Shown here: one piece after another, positions 23,220 through 30,487 of the stretch
Numbering within the stretch: position 1 is the stretch's first letter
Layout of the letters: every line of letters starts with the position of its first letter
Assembly (NCBI RefSeq): GCF_004102945.1
Contig: NZ_CP019384.1
Coordinates: forward strand, 180,001-212,000
Reading direction: 5' to 3'
From: Candidatus Velamenicoccus archaeovorus
GTDB taxonomy: Bacteria > Omnitrophota > Gorgyraeia > Velamenicoccales > Velamenicoccaceae
Length of the DNA stretch: 32,000 nt
The notes under the pieces: generated by a model
Seen by the model: only the letters and a program-made list of their open reading frames with translations
Database searches by the model: none
Told to the model about the DNA's origin: nothing
Position numbers and translations under genes: made by a program

Positions 23220-23410
23220 GGGTTGCGAAGAGGGCGCTGCTTGGAGCGTTTGCTCGGTTTCCTCTGCGGTTTTTTGGGAGGGTTTTGTTTTGTTCTTCCG
23301 ATGACGAGGGGGTGTTTGAGGCCGGTCCGATCAGGATTGCTCCGATTTTTTCTTCTGTTGCGTGAGGCGCCGCACTCTTTTTGGATCCGGCCGGACCGCC
23401 GAGATTAGCC

Positions 23411-23438
23411 TTGCAATATTTCAACGGCATAGTAGAAT
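23411..23438 (+). promoter_or_regulatory. possible promoter TTGCAA-N16-TAGAAT immediately upstream of the receiver gene
   Basis: TTGCAA 23411-23416, TAGAAT 23433-23438. The ATG at 23446 lies 7 nt after the -10 box with no SD. A 10/12 match is expected by chance several times per window, so support comes mostly from position. Confidence 0.35.
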
Positions 23439-23445
23439 ATTTTCC

Positions 23446-23817
23446 ATGAATGACATGTCTGTTTCGAGAAAAGTCTTGGTCGCTGACGACGAAAAAGACA
23501 CCTGTCTTTATCTTAAGAGATACCTTGAGAGGAAGAAAATGAAGGTGGCCGTCGTTTTTGACGGCCAGGAAGCCAAGAAGCTTATCGAAGAAGACAACTT
23601 TGATTATGTGCTTCTGGATTGTAGCATGCCCAACATCACGGGGCTGGAGCTGATCGAGAAGGCGCGCCAGAGAAACCCCGGGGCCAGGATCGTCCTGATC
23701 TCCGGCTTTCCGGCTGTCGACAGCCGGATCGTCCAGAAGATCGGCGGCGATTTGTTTATCCATAAACCCATACAACTTGAAGAGATCGATGCTATCTTTA
23801 ATCCGCCGGCCGTTTAA
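23446..23817 (+). CDS. single-domain response regulator (CheY-like receiver)
   Basis: VLVADDEKD, phospho-acceptor context YVLLDCSMPNITG, VLISGF and FIHKP. No output domain. Confidence 0.88.
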   Translation: MNDMSVSRKVLVADDEKDTCLYLKRYLERKKMKVAVVFDGQEAKKLIEEDNFDYVLLDCSMPNITGLELIEKARQRNPGARIVLISGFPAVDSRIVQKIGGDLFIHKPIQLEEIDAIFNPPAV

Positions 23818-23829
23818 GGGGAGGGACAC

Positions 23830-24387
23830 ATGGGAAGACGCCTCTTTCTCGCATGGCTGTGCGTGTTCTGTTTGGCGATGACATCAAGAGCCCAAGAGAC
23901 ACCTCAGCATAAGACACGGGTCATCCTGCAGACAAACCAGGGGAATATCGAACTGGAGTTGTTTGATGACGTGGCGCCTTTGGCCTGCAAGAATTTTGTC
24001 GGCCTGGCCCAAAAGGGTTATTATGACGGCCTGACCTTTCACAGGGTGATCAAAGGTTTCATGATCCAGGGCGGAGATCCGACGGGAACGGGCGCCGGCG
24101 GCGTCTCCATCTTCGGAAAACCCTTCGAGGATGAGGTCAGCAAGGACGTTGCTTTTGATGCGCCGGGGCTGCTCGCCATGGCCAATGCTGGACCGGGGAC
24201 CAATGGCAGTCAGTTTTTTATCACCGTGGCGGCCACACCGTGGCTGAATATGCACCATACGATTTTTGGCCGTGTCATTGGCGGTTATGACGTTGTCGAG
24301 AAGATAGCCGCAACATCGGTGGACGGTTCCGACAGGCCGCTCAAGGAGCAGAAGATCCTTAAAGTCGTTGTGGAAGACCAGCCATGA
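23830..24387 (+). CDS. ppiA: cyclophilin-type peptidyl-prolyl cis-trans isomerase, secreted
   Basis: Signal peptide (LAWLCVFCLAMTSRA), then FHRVIKGFMIQGGDPTGTG, GSQFFIT and HTIFGRV. Confidence 0.92.
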   Translation: MGRRLFLAWLCVFCLAMTSRAQETPQHKTRVILQTNQGNIELELFDDVAPLACKNFVGLAQKGYYDGLTFHRVIKGFMIQGGDPTGTGAGGVSIFGKPFEDEVSKDVAFDAPGLLAMANAGPGTNGSQFFITVAATPWLNMHHTIFGRVIGGYDVVEKIAATSVDGSDRPLKEQKILKVVVEDQP

Positions 24388-24483
24388 GACCGGCATCGTT
24401 AACATCCGGCCCGGAAATTTTCAAGCAAGACACTACTTGTATTTTGTGATGCAAGAACGTGATACGCTTTTAGATTGAGACTG

Positions 24484-24521
24484 ACCGCAAGGCTGAAAAA
24501 GAGAGGCTTTGCGGTTTTTTT
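24484..24521 (+). terminator. rho-independent terminator after the PPIase gene
   Basis: ACCGCAAGGC (24484-24493) pairs with GCTTTGCGGT (24506-24515): 10 bp including one G-U. 12-nt loop, then TTTTTT (24516-24521). Confidence 0.7.
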
Positions 24522-24576
24522 AAATTCGCACAGTTCATTCTTTTGCCGCCGGAATATTTTAGGCGAGGAGATTGCC

Positions 24577-25089
24577 ATGTTCATCAATATTTGCGACAGG
24601 GAAGAGAGGAATAACGGCCTTAAAACTTTTTTGATCGGCGGCAGTTTCATCATGTGCCTGTGGATCGGATGCCCGTACCTCATCCATCGTTTTATCGACC
24701 CGAGGATCGGCGGTTTTCATAGCGTGTTTCTGAAGTGGCTTGGCGGCCCCGTCTCTCTTCTGGGATATGCTCTGGCTGTTTGGTGCGTGATGCTTTTCAT
24801 CAAAAAGGGGCAAGGGACGCCGCTGCCGTATTTTCATCCCAAAAAGCTTGTTTCCATCGGGCCTTATCGCTATGTGCGCAACCCTATGGTCTTGGGGACC
24901 GTGATCTTTCTTCTCGGAAGCAGCTTCCTGCTTGGCTCTTGGGGTATCCTGGTTTACGCGGCGGTTATTTTTTTTATCATGCATTTTTTTGTCCTGATAG
25001 AAGAGAGATCCCTAACCGTTCGGTTCGGCGATCAGTATGCCGCCTATGTCCGTGCCACGCCCCGGTGGTGGCCCCGTTTTCTTAGGTGA
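24577..25089 (+). CDS. ICMT/PEMT-family membrane methyltransferase
   Basis: GPYRYVRNPMVLG..(TM)..VLIEERSLTVRFGDQYAAYVRATPRWWP is the classic ICMT/phospholipid-methyltransferase C-terminal motif. ATG 24577 has GAGGAG upstream. The listed upstream start at 24475 lies inside the terminator. Confidence 0.8.
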   Translation: MFINICDREERNNGLKTFLIGGSFIMCLWIGCPYLIHRFIDPRIGGFHSVFLKWLGGPVSLLGYALAVWCVMLFIKKGQGTPLPYFHPKKLVSIGPYRYVRNPMVLGTVIFLLGSSFLLGSWGILVYAAVIFFIMHFFVLIEERSLTVRFGDQYAAYVRATPRWWPRFLR

Positions 25090-25127
25090 GGCCGTAGTTT
25101 GCTGCGGCTGTACGGGGGGGCGTCAAG

Positions 25128-25160
25128 CGGGAAGAGTGATGTCAGTTTTTCCCGTTTTTT
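25128..25160 (+). terminator. probable intrinsic terminator after the methyltransferase gene
   Basis: CGGGAAGA (25128-25135) pairs with TTTTCCCG (25147-25154): 8 bp including one G-U. 11-nt loop, then TTTTTT (25155-25160). Confidence 0.45.
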
Positions 25161-25214
25161 CTGGGTTCATCTGATGGAGGCTCCATCATCCGGAGCGGCT
25201 GTTTCTGCCCTGTC

Positions 25215-25967
25215 ATGAACGATTTCGAGATCAAGCTGGCATCGTCAAAAGAAGAGATCGAATCCGCCCAGCGCCTTCGTTTCGAGGTGTTTAACCTTGA
25301 GATGAAGAAAGGACTGGAGGCTTCTTACGCGCGCGGATTGGACTGTGACGCCTTCGACGAGATCTGCGACCACATCCTCATCATCGATAAAGCGAAAAAA
25401 TCGGTCATTGGAACTTACCGGCTTTTGTTGGGCCGGCGGCTGGGGCCGCTGGGGAAGTTCTACGCCGAGAACGAATTCGATCTTTCCGATCTCAAGGGCA
25501 TCAAGGACGATATTCTTGAAATGGGCCGGTCTTGTGTTCATAAGGAATACCGCCGCAATGCGATCGTCATGCTCCTTTGGGCTGGAATTATCGATTATGT
25601 CCGTCGGCATCGCGTCAAGTATATTACGGGGTGCCCCAGTGTCTATACGACGGATGCCGCGGATGTCAGCGCTATCTTTGCCTTGCTCAAGCGTGATCAT
25701 TTTGCTCCGGCGGCCCTGCGCGTGCGCCCCCTGGCAGCCAAGGTCTTCGGCCGGCTCGACCGGCATTGCAGCATTGAGGGACGCGAGAAGCAAGTCATGC
25801 TCAAGGTTCCTTCCCTGGTCCGTTCGTATCTCAAATTCGGCGCCTTTGTCTGCGGCGAGCCTGTCTTTGACGAAGAATTCGGCACAGTCGATTTTTTCAT
25901 GCTCCTGGAAATGGACAAGATCTCTTCGGCATATGTGGATCGCATGCGTCCGAGAAAGGACGCATGA
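25215..25967 (+). CDS. GNAT-family N-acyltransferase, OlsB-like (lyso-aminolipid synthase / 'putative hemolysin' family)
   Basis: IKLASSKEEIESAQRLRFEVFNLEM, VIGTYRLLLG, ENEFDLS, LEMGRSCVHKEYR. Stop overlaps the next start (ATGA 25964-25967). Confidence 0.75.
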   Translation: MNDFEIKLASSKEEIESAQRLRFEVFNLEMKKGLEASYARGLDCDAFDEICDHILIIDKAKKSVIGTYRLLLGRRLGPLGKFYAENEFDLSDLKGIKDDILEMGRSCVHKEYRRNAIVMLLWAGIIDYVRRHRVKYITGCPSVYTTDAADVSAIFALLKRDHFAPAALRVRPLAAKVFGRLDRHCSIEGREKQVMLKVPSLVRSYLKFGAFVCGEPVFDEEFGTVDFFMLLEMDKISSAYVDRMRPRKDA

Positions 25968-26755
25968 GGCGTTTACTCAAGCTGATCCCGTGTGTAGTGT
26001 GTTTTATCGTTTTTCTCCTGGCCGCCTGTCTTGTGCGGCTGAGTTTTTTTGTCTTGAGACCGAAGAGGCGGTGGGCTCCGATCGCTTGCCTGAATCGGGC
26101 GCTCGCCTCATGCTTCGTGCGTCTGATTGGCGTGCGCATGCGCCTGGTGGGTTCAAGACAGGTGCCAGCCGGTGGTCTGTTTTTGGTCAGCAACCACGTC
26201 GGTTATCTCGATGGTTTTGTCCTCGGGGCGCTTTCTCCCCTTATTTATACCAGCAAGAGCGAGTTGAAGCGTTGGCCGTTGATCGGGGCCATGACCGAAT
26301 TGTCGGGGACCCTTTTCATCGACAGGCAACGGAAGAACCATATCAGCGAGTATATCGACGATATTGCCGGCGTCCTGCGTCAGGGGGTAAATGTCCTTTT
26401 CTTTCCGGAGGGGACGTCGACGAACGGAGATAAGCTCCTGCCATTCAAATCGGCTTTTTTTGAAGCGCCCCTGAAAGCGGGCTGCGGCGTCGTCCCCGTG
26501 ACGTTGCGCTACCGGGCCCTTGACGGTCGACCTTTGACGCCTGAGAACCGCGGGCAGGTCTACTGGTACGGAGAGATGACGTTCATGGATCATTTTTTCC
26601 GTCTCCTGGGTCACCGTTCGATTGATGTGGATGTGGTTATCCATGAAACGATCTCTTTGTCCGGCGGCAGCGAGAAGGAGTTTGCGCGCAAGGACTTGAG
26701 CGAGCGCGCCTTTGCAACGATCGCTTCATCTCTCTGTGCGCCGGTCCTTTCCTAA
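25964..26755 (+). CDS. lysophospholipid/lyso-aminolipid acyltransferase (PlsC/OlsA family)
   Basis: N-terminal TM, HX4D motif NHVGYLD, and FFPEGTSTNG. Confidence 0.85.
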   Translation: MRRLLKLIPCVVCFIVFLLAACLVRLSFFVLRPKRRWAPIACLNRALASCFVRLIGVRMRLVGSRQVPAGGLFLVSNHVGYLDGFVLGALSPLIYTSKSELKRWPLIGAMTELSGTLFIDRQRKNHISEYIDDIAGVLRQGVNVLFFPEGTSTNGDKLLPFKSAFFEAPLKAGCGVVPVTLRYRALDGRPLTPENRGQVYWYGEMTFMDHFFRLLGHRSIDVDVVIHETISLSGGSEKEFARKDLSERAFATIASSLCAPVLS

Positions 26756-26788
26756 AGAGAAGCTACGGAAACGTCATCGGAGGCGTGC

Positions 26789-27274
26789 ATGGCGAAATCC
26801 CTTGTTCCGGAACGCAGCATCATTCCCCAGTTCCATCTCCAGGCTAGAGACGGCGAGGTGTTCGACTCCTCGGGTTATAAACGCAAAAAGAACCTGGTCC
26901 TGTTTTTCATGACGCGGCCGGATCTGGATTTTTTGATGCGGCTCGACGAGGCCGCGGCCGCCATCAGGCAGCAAAACGCCGTTATCGCCGTCGTCTCTCC
27001 CGCCTGTTCGGAGGTCATCGGCGCTTTGTATCAGGCGCATCGTCTTTCGTTTGCCGTCCTTTCGGACGAGAAGATGGAGGTTTTGCGCCAATTTATCTCT
27101 TTTGCCGACAGAGAGGCCTTCACCGCCCTTTTCATCACGGATAGGTACGGGGATGTATTTTTCGAGTATGTGGCGACGGCGGCCGCAGGCCTGCCGCCTT
27201 TTGAGGATATAGTGAAGTCGCTCGAGTTTATCGAAAGTCAATGCCCTGAATGCGAGGGAGGGACCTTTAGATGA
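26789..27274 (+). CDS. thioredoxin-fold protein, AhpC/TSA(Bcp)-like but lacking the peroxidatic Cys
   Basis: IPQFHLQARDGEVFDSSGYKRKKNLVLFF..AVIAVVSP..FAVLSDEKMEVL..ALFITDRYGDV follows the Bcp/redoxin pattern. The position of the usual ..C.. motif reads MTRPDLDFL. C-terminal CPEC. Stop overlaps the ABC ATPase start. Confidence 0.5.
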   Translation: MAKSLVPERSIIPQFHLQARDGEVFDSSGYKRKKNLVLFFMTRPDLDFLMRLDEAAAAIRQQNAVIAVVSPACSEVIGALYQAHRLSFAVLSDEKMEVLRQFISFADREAFTALFITDRYGDVFFEYVATAAAGLPPFEDIVKSLEFIESQCPECEGGTFR

Positions 27275-28209
27275 TGACGTCTGTTGATTCTTCCACCGCT
27301 CCGCCTGCCATCAGGGCCCGGCAGCTGACCAAGAATTTTGGAGAGACGGCGGCGGTCTCGGGCATTGATTTTGACGTCCGTCCTCACGAGTGTTTCGGTC
27401 TCTTGGGGCCCAACGGCGCCGGCAAGACGACCACTGTCAGGATGATCCATTGTTTTATCCCGCCTACGGCCGGCCTCCTGGAGGTTCTGGGGTTAGATGT
27501 GCGCCGGCAACCAAGCCGGATCAAGGCACGCCTGGGGGTCTGCCCCCAGGAGAACAATCTTGATCCCGATCTAAACGTCTGGGACAACCTGCGTGTCTTT
27601 GCGCGCTATTTCGATATCACGGGTCCCGACGTGGAGAAGCGCTGTGAAGAGCTGCTGCACTTTATCGGCCTTTACCACAGGAGAAAAGCGGCGATCGAAG
27701 AATTATCCGGTGGCATGAAACGACGCCTGATGATGATCCGTTCGCTCCTCAATAAGCCGGAGCTTTTGATCCTGGATGAGCCGACAACGGGCCTCGATCC
27801 GCAGGCCAGGCATCAGATTTGGGAGACGATCATTCAGGTCAAGCGCCAAGGGACATCGGTCGTCTTGACGACACATTATATGGACGAGGCCGAACACCTT
27901 TGCGACCGTCTGCTTATCATGGACCAGGGCCGGATCGTCCAGGAAGGTTCTCCCCGTCAGCTTGTGGCCAAGAATGTCGGCCGTCACGTCGTCGAGATTT
28001 CCAGCGCCGAGCCGCCTGTCGTCCGGGCGCTGCGCGATATGCACCTGTCGTTTGAGGCCTCGGCCACCCACTGCTATGTTTTTACTGAGGATGGCGTTGC
28101 CGCCTATAGGCTGCTTGTCGATCGCTTCGGAGAGGAGCATTGCCTTTTGCGCATGGCGAACCTCGAGGATGTTTTCTTGAAGGTGACGGGCAGGGACTTG
28201 AGGGATTGA
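27271..28209 (+). CDS. ABC transporter ATP-binding protein (ABC-2/NodI/DrrA-like)
   Basis: Walker A GPNGAGKTT, signature LSGGMKRR, Walker B LLILDEPT, H-loop TTHYMDEA. Confidence 0.93.
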   Translation: MMTSVDSSTAPPAIRARQLTKNFGETAAVSGIDFDVRPHECFGLLGPNGAGKTTTVRMIHCFIPPTAGLLEVLGLDVRRQPSRIKARLGVCPQENNLDPDLNVWDNLRVFARYFDITGPDVEKRCEELLHFIGLYHRRKAAIEELSGGMKRRLMMIRSLLNKPELLILDEPTTGLDPQARHQIWETIIQVKRQGTSVVLTTHYMDEAEHLCDRLLIMDQGRIVQEGSPRQLVAKNVGRHVVEISSAEPPVVRALRDMHLSFEASATHCYVFTEDGVAAYRLLVDRFGEEHCLLRMANLEDVFLKVTGRDLRD

Positions 28210-28224
28210 TATAACAAAATAATC

Positions 28225-28320
28225 AATGACCAAGAAATAATAACCAAATAATTCTCAATAACCAATGATCAAACAGAAGCTTTTGTTTGGTCGTTGGAAC
28301 TCGGGTATTCTTTGGTCATT
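28225..28320. repeat. AT-rich composite hairpin element in the ABC ATPase-permease spacer
   Basis: Inner stem CCAATGATCAAACA (28262-28275) / TGTTTGGTCGTTGG (28284-28297): 14 bp including two G-U. Outer arms AATGACCAAGAA (28225-28236) / TTCTTTGGTCATT (28308-28320): complementary with a 1-nt bulge. Confidence 0.6.
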
Positions 28321-28328
28321 CAAACAAG

Positions 28329-29111
28329 ATGATTTTAAAAAAACTCAGTTGGAAATTCTGGCGTGTCTGGCAGAGGAATTTCGACGTCTATCTGGCGACG
28401 TGGAAAGTGAATTTTATCCCGCCTTTGCTTGAGCCCGTGCTGTATCTTTTTGCCTTCGGCATCGGGTTGGGCGGGCTTGTCCAGAAGGTTTCCTATATGC
28501 ACGCCGACATTTCCTATATGGCCTTTATCGCGCCGGGTCTTGTGGCCGTCGCCGTCATGAACCACGGTTTTTTTGAGACGACTTACGCTTCTTTTGTCCG
28601 GATGTATTTCCAGAAGACATTCGACGCCATCCTCTCGACGCCCCTGGCCATAGAGGATATTATTTTCGGGGAATTGGTCTGGGGGGCGACCAAGGCGTTC
28701 ATGGCGGCGGCGATCATGTTCGCCGTCCTGTTGGGTTTTGGGCTGATCGTTCTTCCGATGGGGCTGTGGGTTCTTGCCGTCGCCTTGCTTGCGGGCATGG
28801 TCTTTTCGGGGCTGGGCATGTGTTTCACGGGCCTGGTGAAGAACATCGAGATGTTCAATTTCCCGGTTTTCCTTTTTATCACGCCTATGTTTTTGCTGAG
28901 CGGTGTCTTTTTTCCCCTCGAGACCCTCCCGGGATGGGCCCAGGCCGTCGCACGGATCTTTCCGCTCACCTATGTGGTTTCCGCCTTGCGAGGCCTGGCC
29001 TTGGGCCGTCCGACAGGCGGGATACTGCTTGATATGCTGGTTCTGGCGGCCCTGGGCATTGTTTCGTGCTGCATCGCTATCGTCTTGATGAAAAAGAGGC
29101 TGTTGAAATGA
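28329..29111 (+). CDS. ABC-2 type transporter permease (NodJ/DrrB-like)
   Basis: Six predicted TM segments, typical start KFWRVWQRNF..., about 260 aa. ATG 28329 is preferred because the upstream TTG 28287 lies inside the hairpin element. Confidence 0.85.
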   Translation: MILKKLSWKFWRVWQRNFDVYLATWKVNFIPPLLEPVLYLFAFGIGLGGLVQKVSYMHADISYMAFIAPGLVAVAVMNHGFFETTYASFVRMYFQKTFDAILSTPLAIEDIIFGELVWGATKAFMAAAIMFAVLLGFGLIVLPMGLWVLAVALLAGMVFSGLGMCFTGLVKNIEMFNFPVFLFITPMFLLSGVFFPLETLPGWAQAVARIFPLTYVVSALRGLALGRPTGGILLDMLVLAALGIVSCCIAIVLMKKRLLK

Positions 29112-29145
29112 GTCCCTTGAGTTGATCTTCTCCACAGGTGCCCGC

Positions 29146-30063
29146 ATGATTGTCGACACGAAAGGTACGGCGGATATTCCTTTTTTCCCTCGCCTACGGC
29201 CGTTGCGGCGGGATGACAAAGCTCTCCTGGACCGCTTGTTCATCGCTTATCCTCTGACGATCTCGGAGTACACATTTACGAACCTTTTTGCCTGGAGAAC
29301 GTCATATGATTTTTGTCTTTCGCGCCTCGGTGAAACGGTCCTGATCGTCTCCCGCCGCCGGGAGCGTCTGGATATTTTTGATCCCCTGTGTCCGGCGGCA
29401 GAAAAGCGGAAAGTGGTCGAGCAATGCCTTGGTTCATCGGCCGGCGCGCCGGTGGTCTTCGTGCGTCTGCCCGAAGAGACAGCCGTTCCTCTGCAGGCGT
29501 CCGGCCGCTTTGCCGTCAAGGAAGAGAGGGATCATTTTGATTACCTTTACCGCACCAGTGACCTGATCGGGCTGAAGGGCGCTGCCTATGACGGCAAGAG
29601 GAATTTCATTAAGCGGTTTAAGGAGACATGCGCCTTTGAATTCATAGAAATGAAAAGAGAGGATGTGGAGAGCTGTCTGTCTTTCCAGGAAGAGTGGTGC
29701 CTGGCCAAGGACTGCCAGCGTACCGAAGGGTTGGCTCATGAGCGGGAAGCGGTCGAGGAGATCCTCGGGAATTTTGAGGGCCTCGGCGTCAGAGGGGCGA
29801 TGATCCGCGTCGGCGGCAAGGTGGAAGCTGTGACCATCGGCGAGGCGTTGAATCCTAGAACATTCGTGATTCACATCGAGAAAGCGAACGATGTCTGTAC
29901 AGGGATTTACCAGGCGATCAATCAGATGTTTTGCGCCGCCGCGGCCGCAGGGTTTGATTTCGTCAACAGGGAGCAGGACCTTGGCGTGCCGGGGTTGCGT
30001 CAGGCCAAGGAATCCTACAAGCCTTGCGCGATGGTCAAAAAATACACGCTGGCCGGAAAATGA
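29146..30063 (+). CDS. DUF2156 protein (MprF/LysPGS C-terminal aminoacyl-tRNA-dependent transferase-like domain), standalone
   Basis: ISEYTFTNLFAWR, LKGAAYDGKRNFIKRF, GIYQAINQMF, and VNREQDLGVPGLRQAKESYKP, the characteristic C-terminal motif. The start at ATG 29146 is uncertain (alternative TTG 29122). Confidence 0.78.
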   Translation: MIVDTKGTADIPFFPRLRPLRRDDKALLDRLFIAYPLTISEYTFTNLFAWRTSYDFCLSRLGETVLIVSRRRERLDIFDPLCPAAEKRKVVEQCLGSSAGAPVVFVRLPEETAVPLQASGRFAVKEERDHFDYLYRTSDLIGLKGAAYDGKRNFIKRFKETCAFEFIEMKREDVESCLSFQEEWCLAKDCQRTEGLAHEREAVEEILGNFEGLGVRGAMIRVGGKVEAVTIGEALNPRTFVIHIEKANDVCTGIYQAINQMFCAAAAAGFDFVNREQDLGVPGLRQAKESYKPCAMVKKYTLAGK

Positions 30064-30078
30064 ACAGGGGCCGGGGCG

Positions 30079-30107
30079 TAGACGTCCTCGTCTCCTTACG
30101 TTATAAT
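30079..30107 (+). promoter_or_regulatory. possible promoter TAGACG-N17-TATAAT immediately upstream of the cyclophilin-like gene
   Basis: Perfect TATAAT at 30102-30107, 8 nt before ATG 30116, with no SD. The -35 box is weak. Confidence 0.4.
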
Positions 30108-30115
30108 GATGCCGT

Positions 30116-30487
30116 ATGCGCATCAAGATCACGATCGCGGAAGTCACGGTTTTTGCCGAGCTCAATGAGTCTAAAACGAGCCGACTGATTATTTCCAGGC
30201 TTCCCTTGGAGTCAAAAGCCGAGTTATGGGGTCAGGAGGTTTATTGTTATATTACACCCAGGGCCGGGCTTGAAAAAGAATACACCCGCGACGTGATGGA
30301 GGTCGGCGATGTGGCCTATTGGCCAAAGGGGCCGTGTTTCTGTCTGTTTTTCGGCCTGACGCCGAACAGCCGCGGCGGCAAGATCATGCCGGCGAGTTCC
30401 GTCACTTTCCTAGGGCGGATCGTCGGCGATCCCCTCATCCTTAAAAAAGTCAAAGAGGGAGATATCCTTAGAATGGAGCATGCATGA
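30116..30487 (+). CDS. cyclophilin-like-fold protein (PF04126-like)
   Basis: MRIKITIAEVTVFAELNESKTSRLIISRLP...GDVAYWPKGPCFCLFFG...FLGRIVG pattern. Stop overlaps the rmuC start (ATGA 30484-30487). Confidence 0.72.
   Translation: MRIKITIAEVTVFAELNESKTSRLIISRLPLESKAELWGQEVYCYITPRAGLEKEYTRDVMEVGDVAYWPKGPCFCLFFGLTPNSRGGKIMPASSVTFLGRIVGDPLILKKVKEGDILRMEHA

Noticed and set aside
24475-24576. The upstream TTG start for the ICMT-family gene.
   Set aside because: The extension would be translated through the PPIase terminator hairpin and T-tract (24484-24521). ATG 24577 has a GAGGAG SD.
25172-25188. A 17-bp perfect palindrome TGATGGAG-g-CTCCATCA 26 nt upstream of the OlsB-like gene, as a candidate operator.
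   Set aside because: An 8+8 palindrome with a fixed 1-nt spacer is expected about 0.5 times by chance in 32 kb (32000/4^8), and more often when any spacer length is allowed. Position alone is insufficient support, although it could be revisited if it proves conserved in relatives.
25345-26433. A 362-aa + strand ORF in an alternative frame spanning the OlsB-like and OlsA-like genes.
   Set aside because: It overlaps two ORFs with strong family motifs (GNAT/OlsB pattern, HX4D and FPEGT). Its own translation is Ser/Arg/Ala-rich and motif-less.
28335-29243. A 302-aa minus-strand ORF across the ABC-2 permease gene.
   Set aside because: It has a highly charged low-complexity translation (runs of R/K/D/G/Q) and is antisense to a well-formed six-TM permease. 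It is a shadow ORF.
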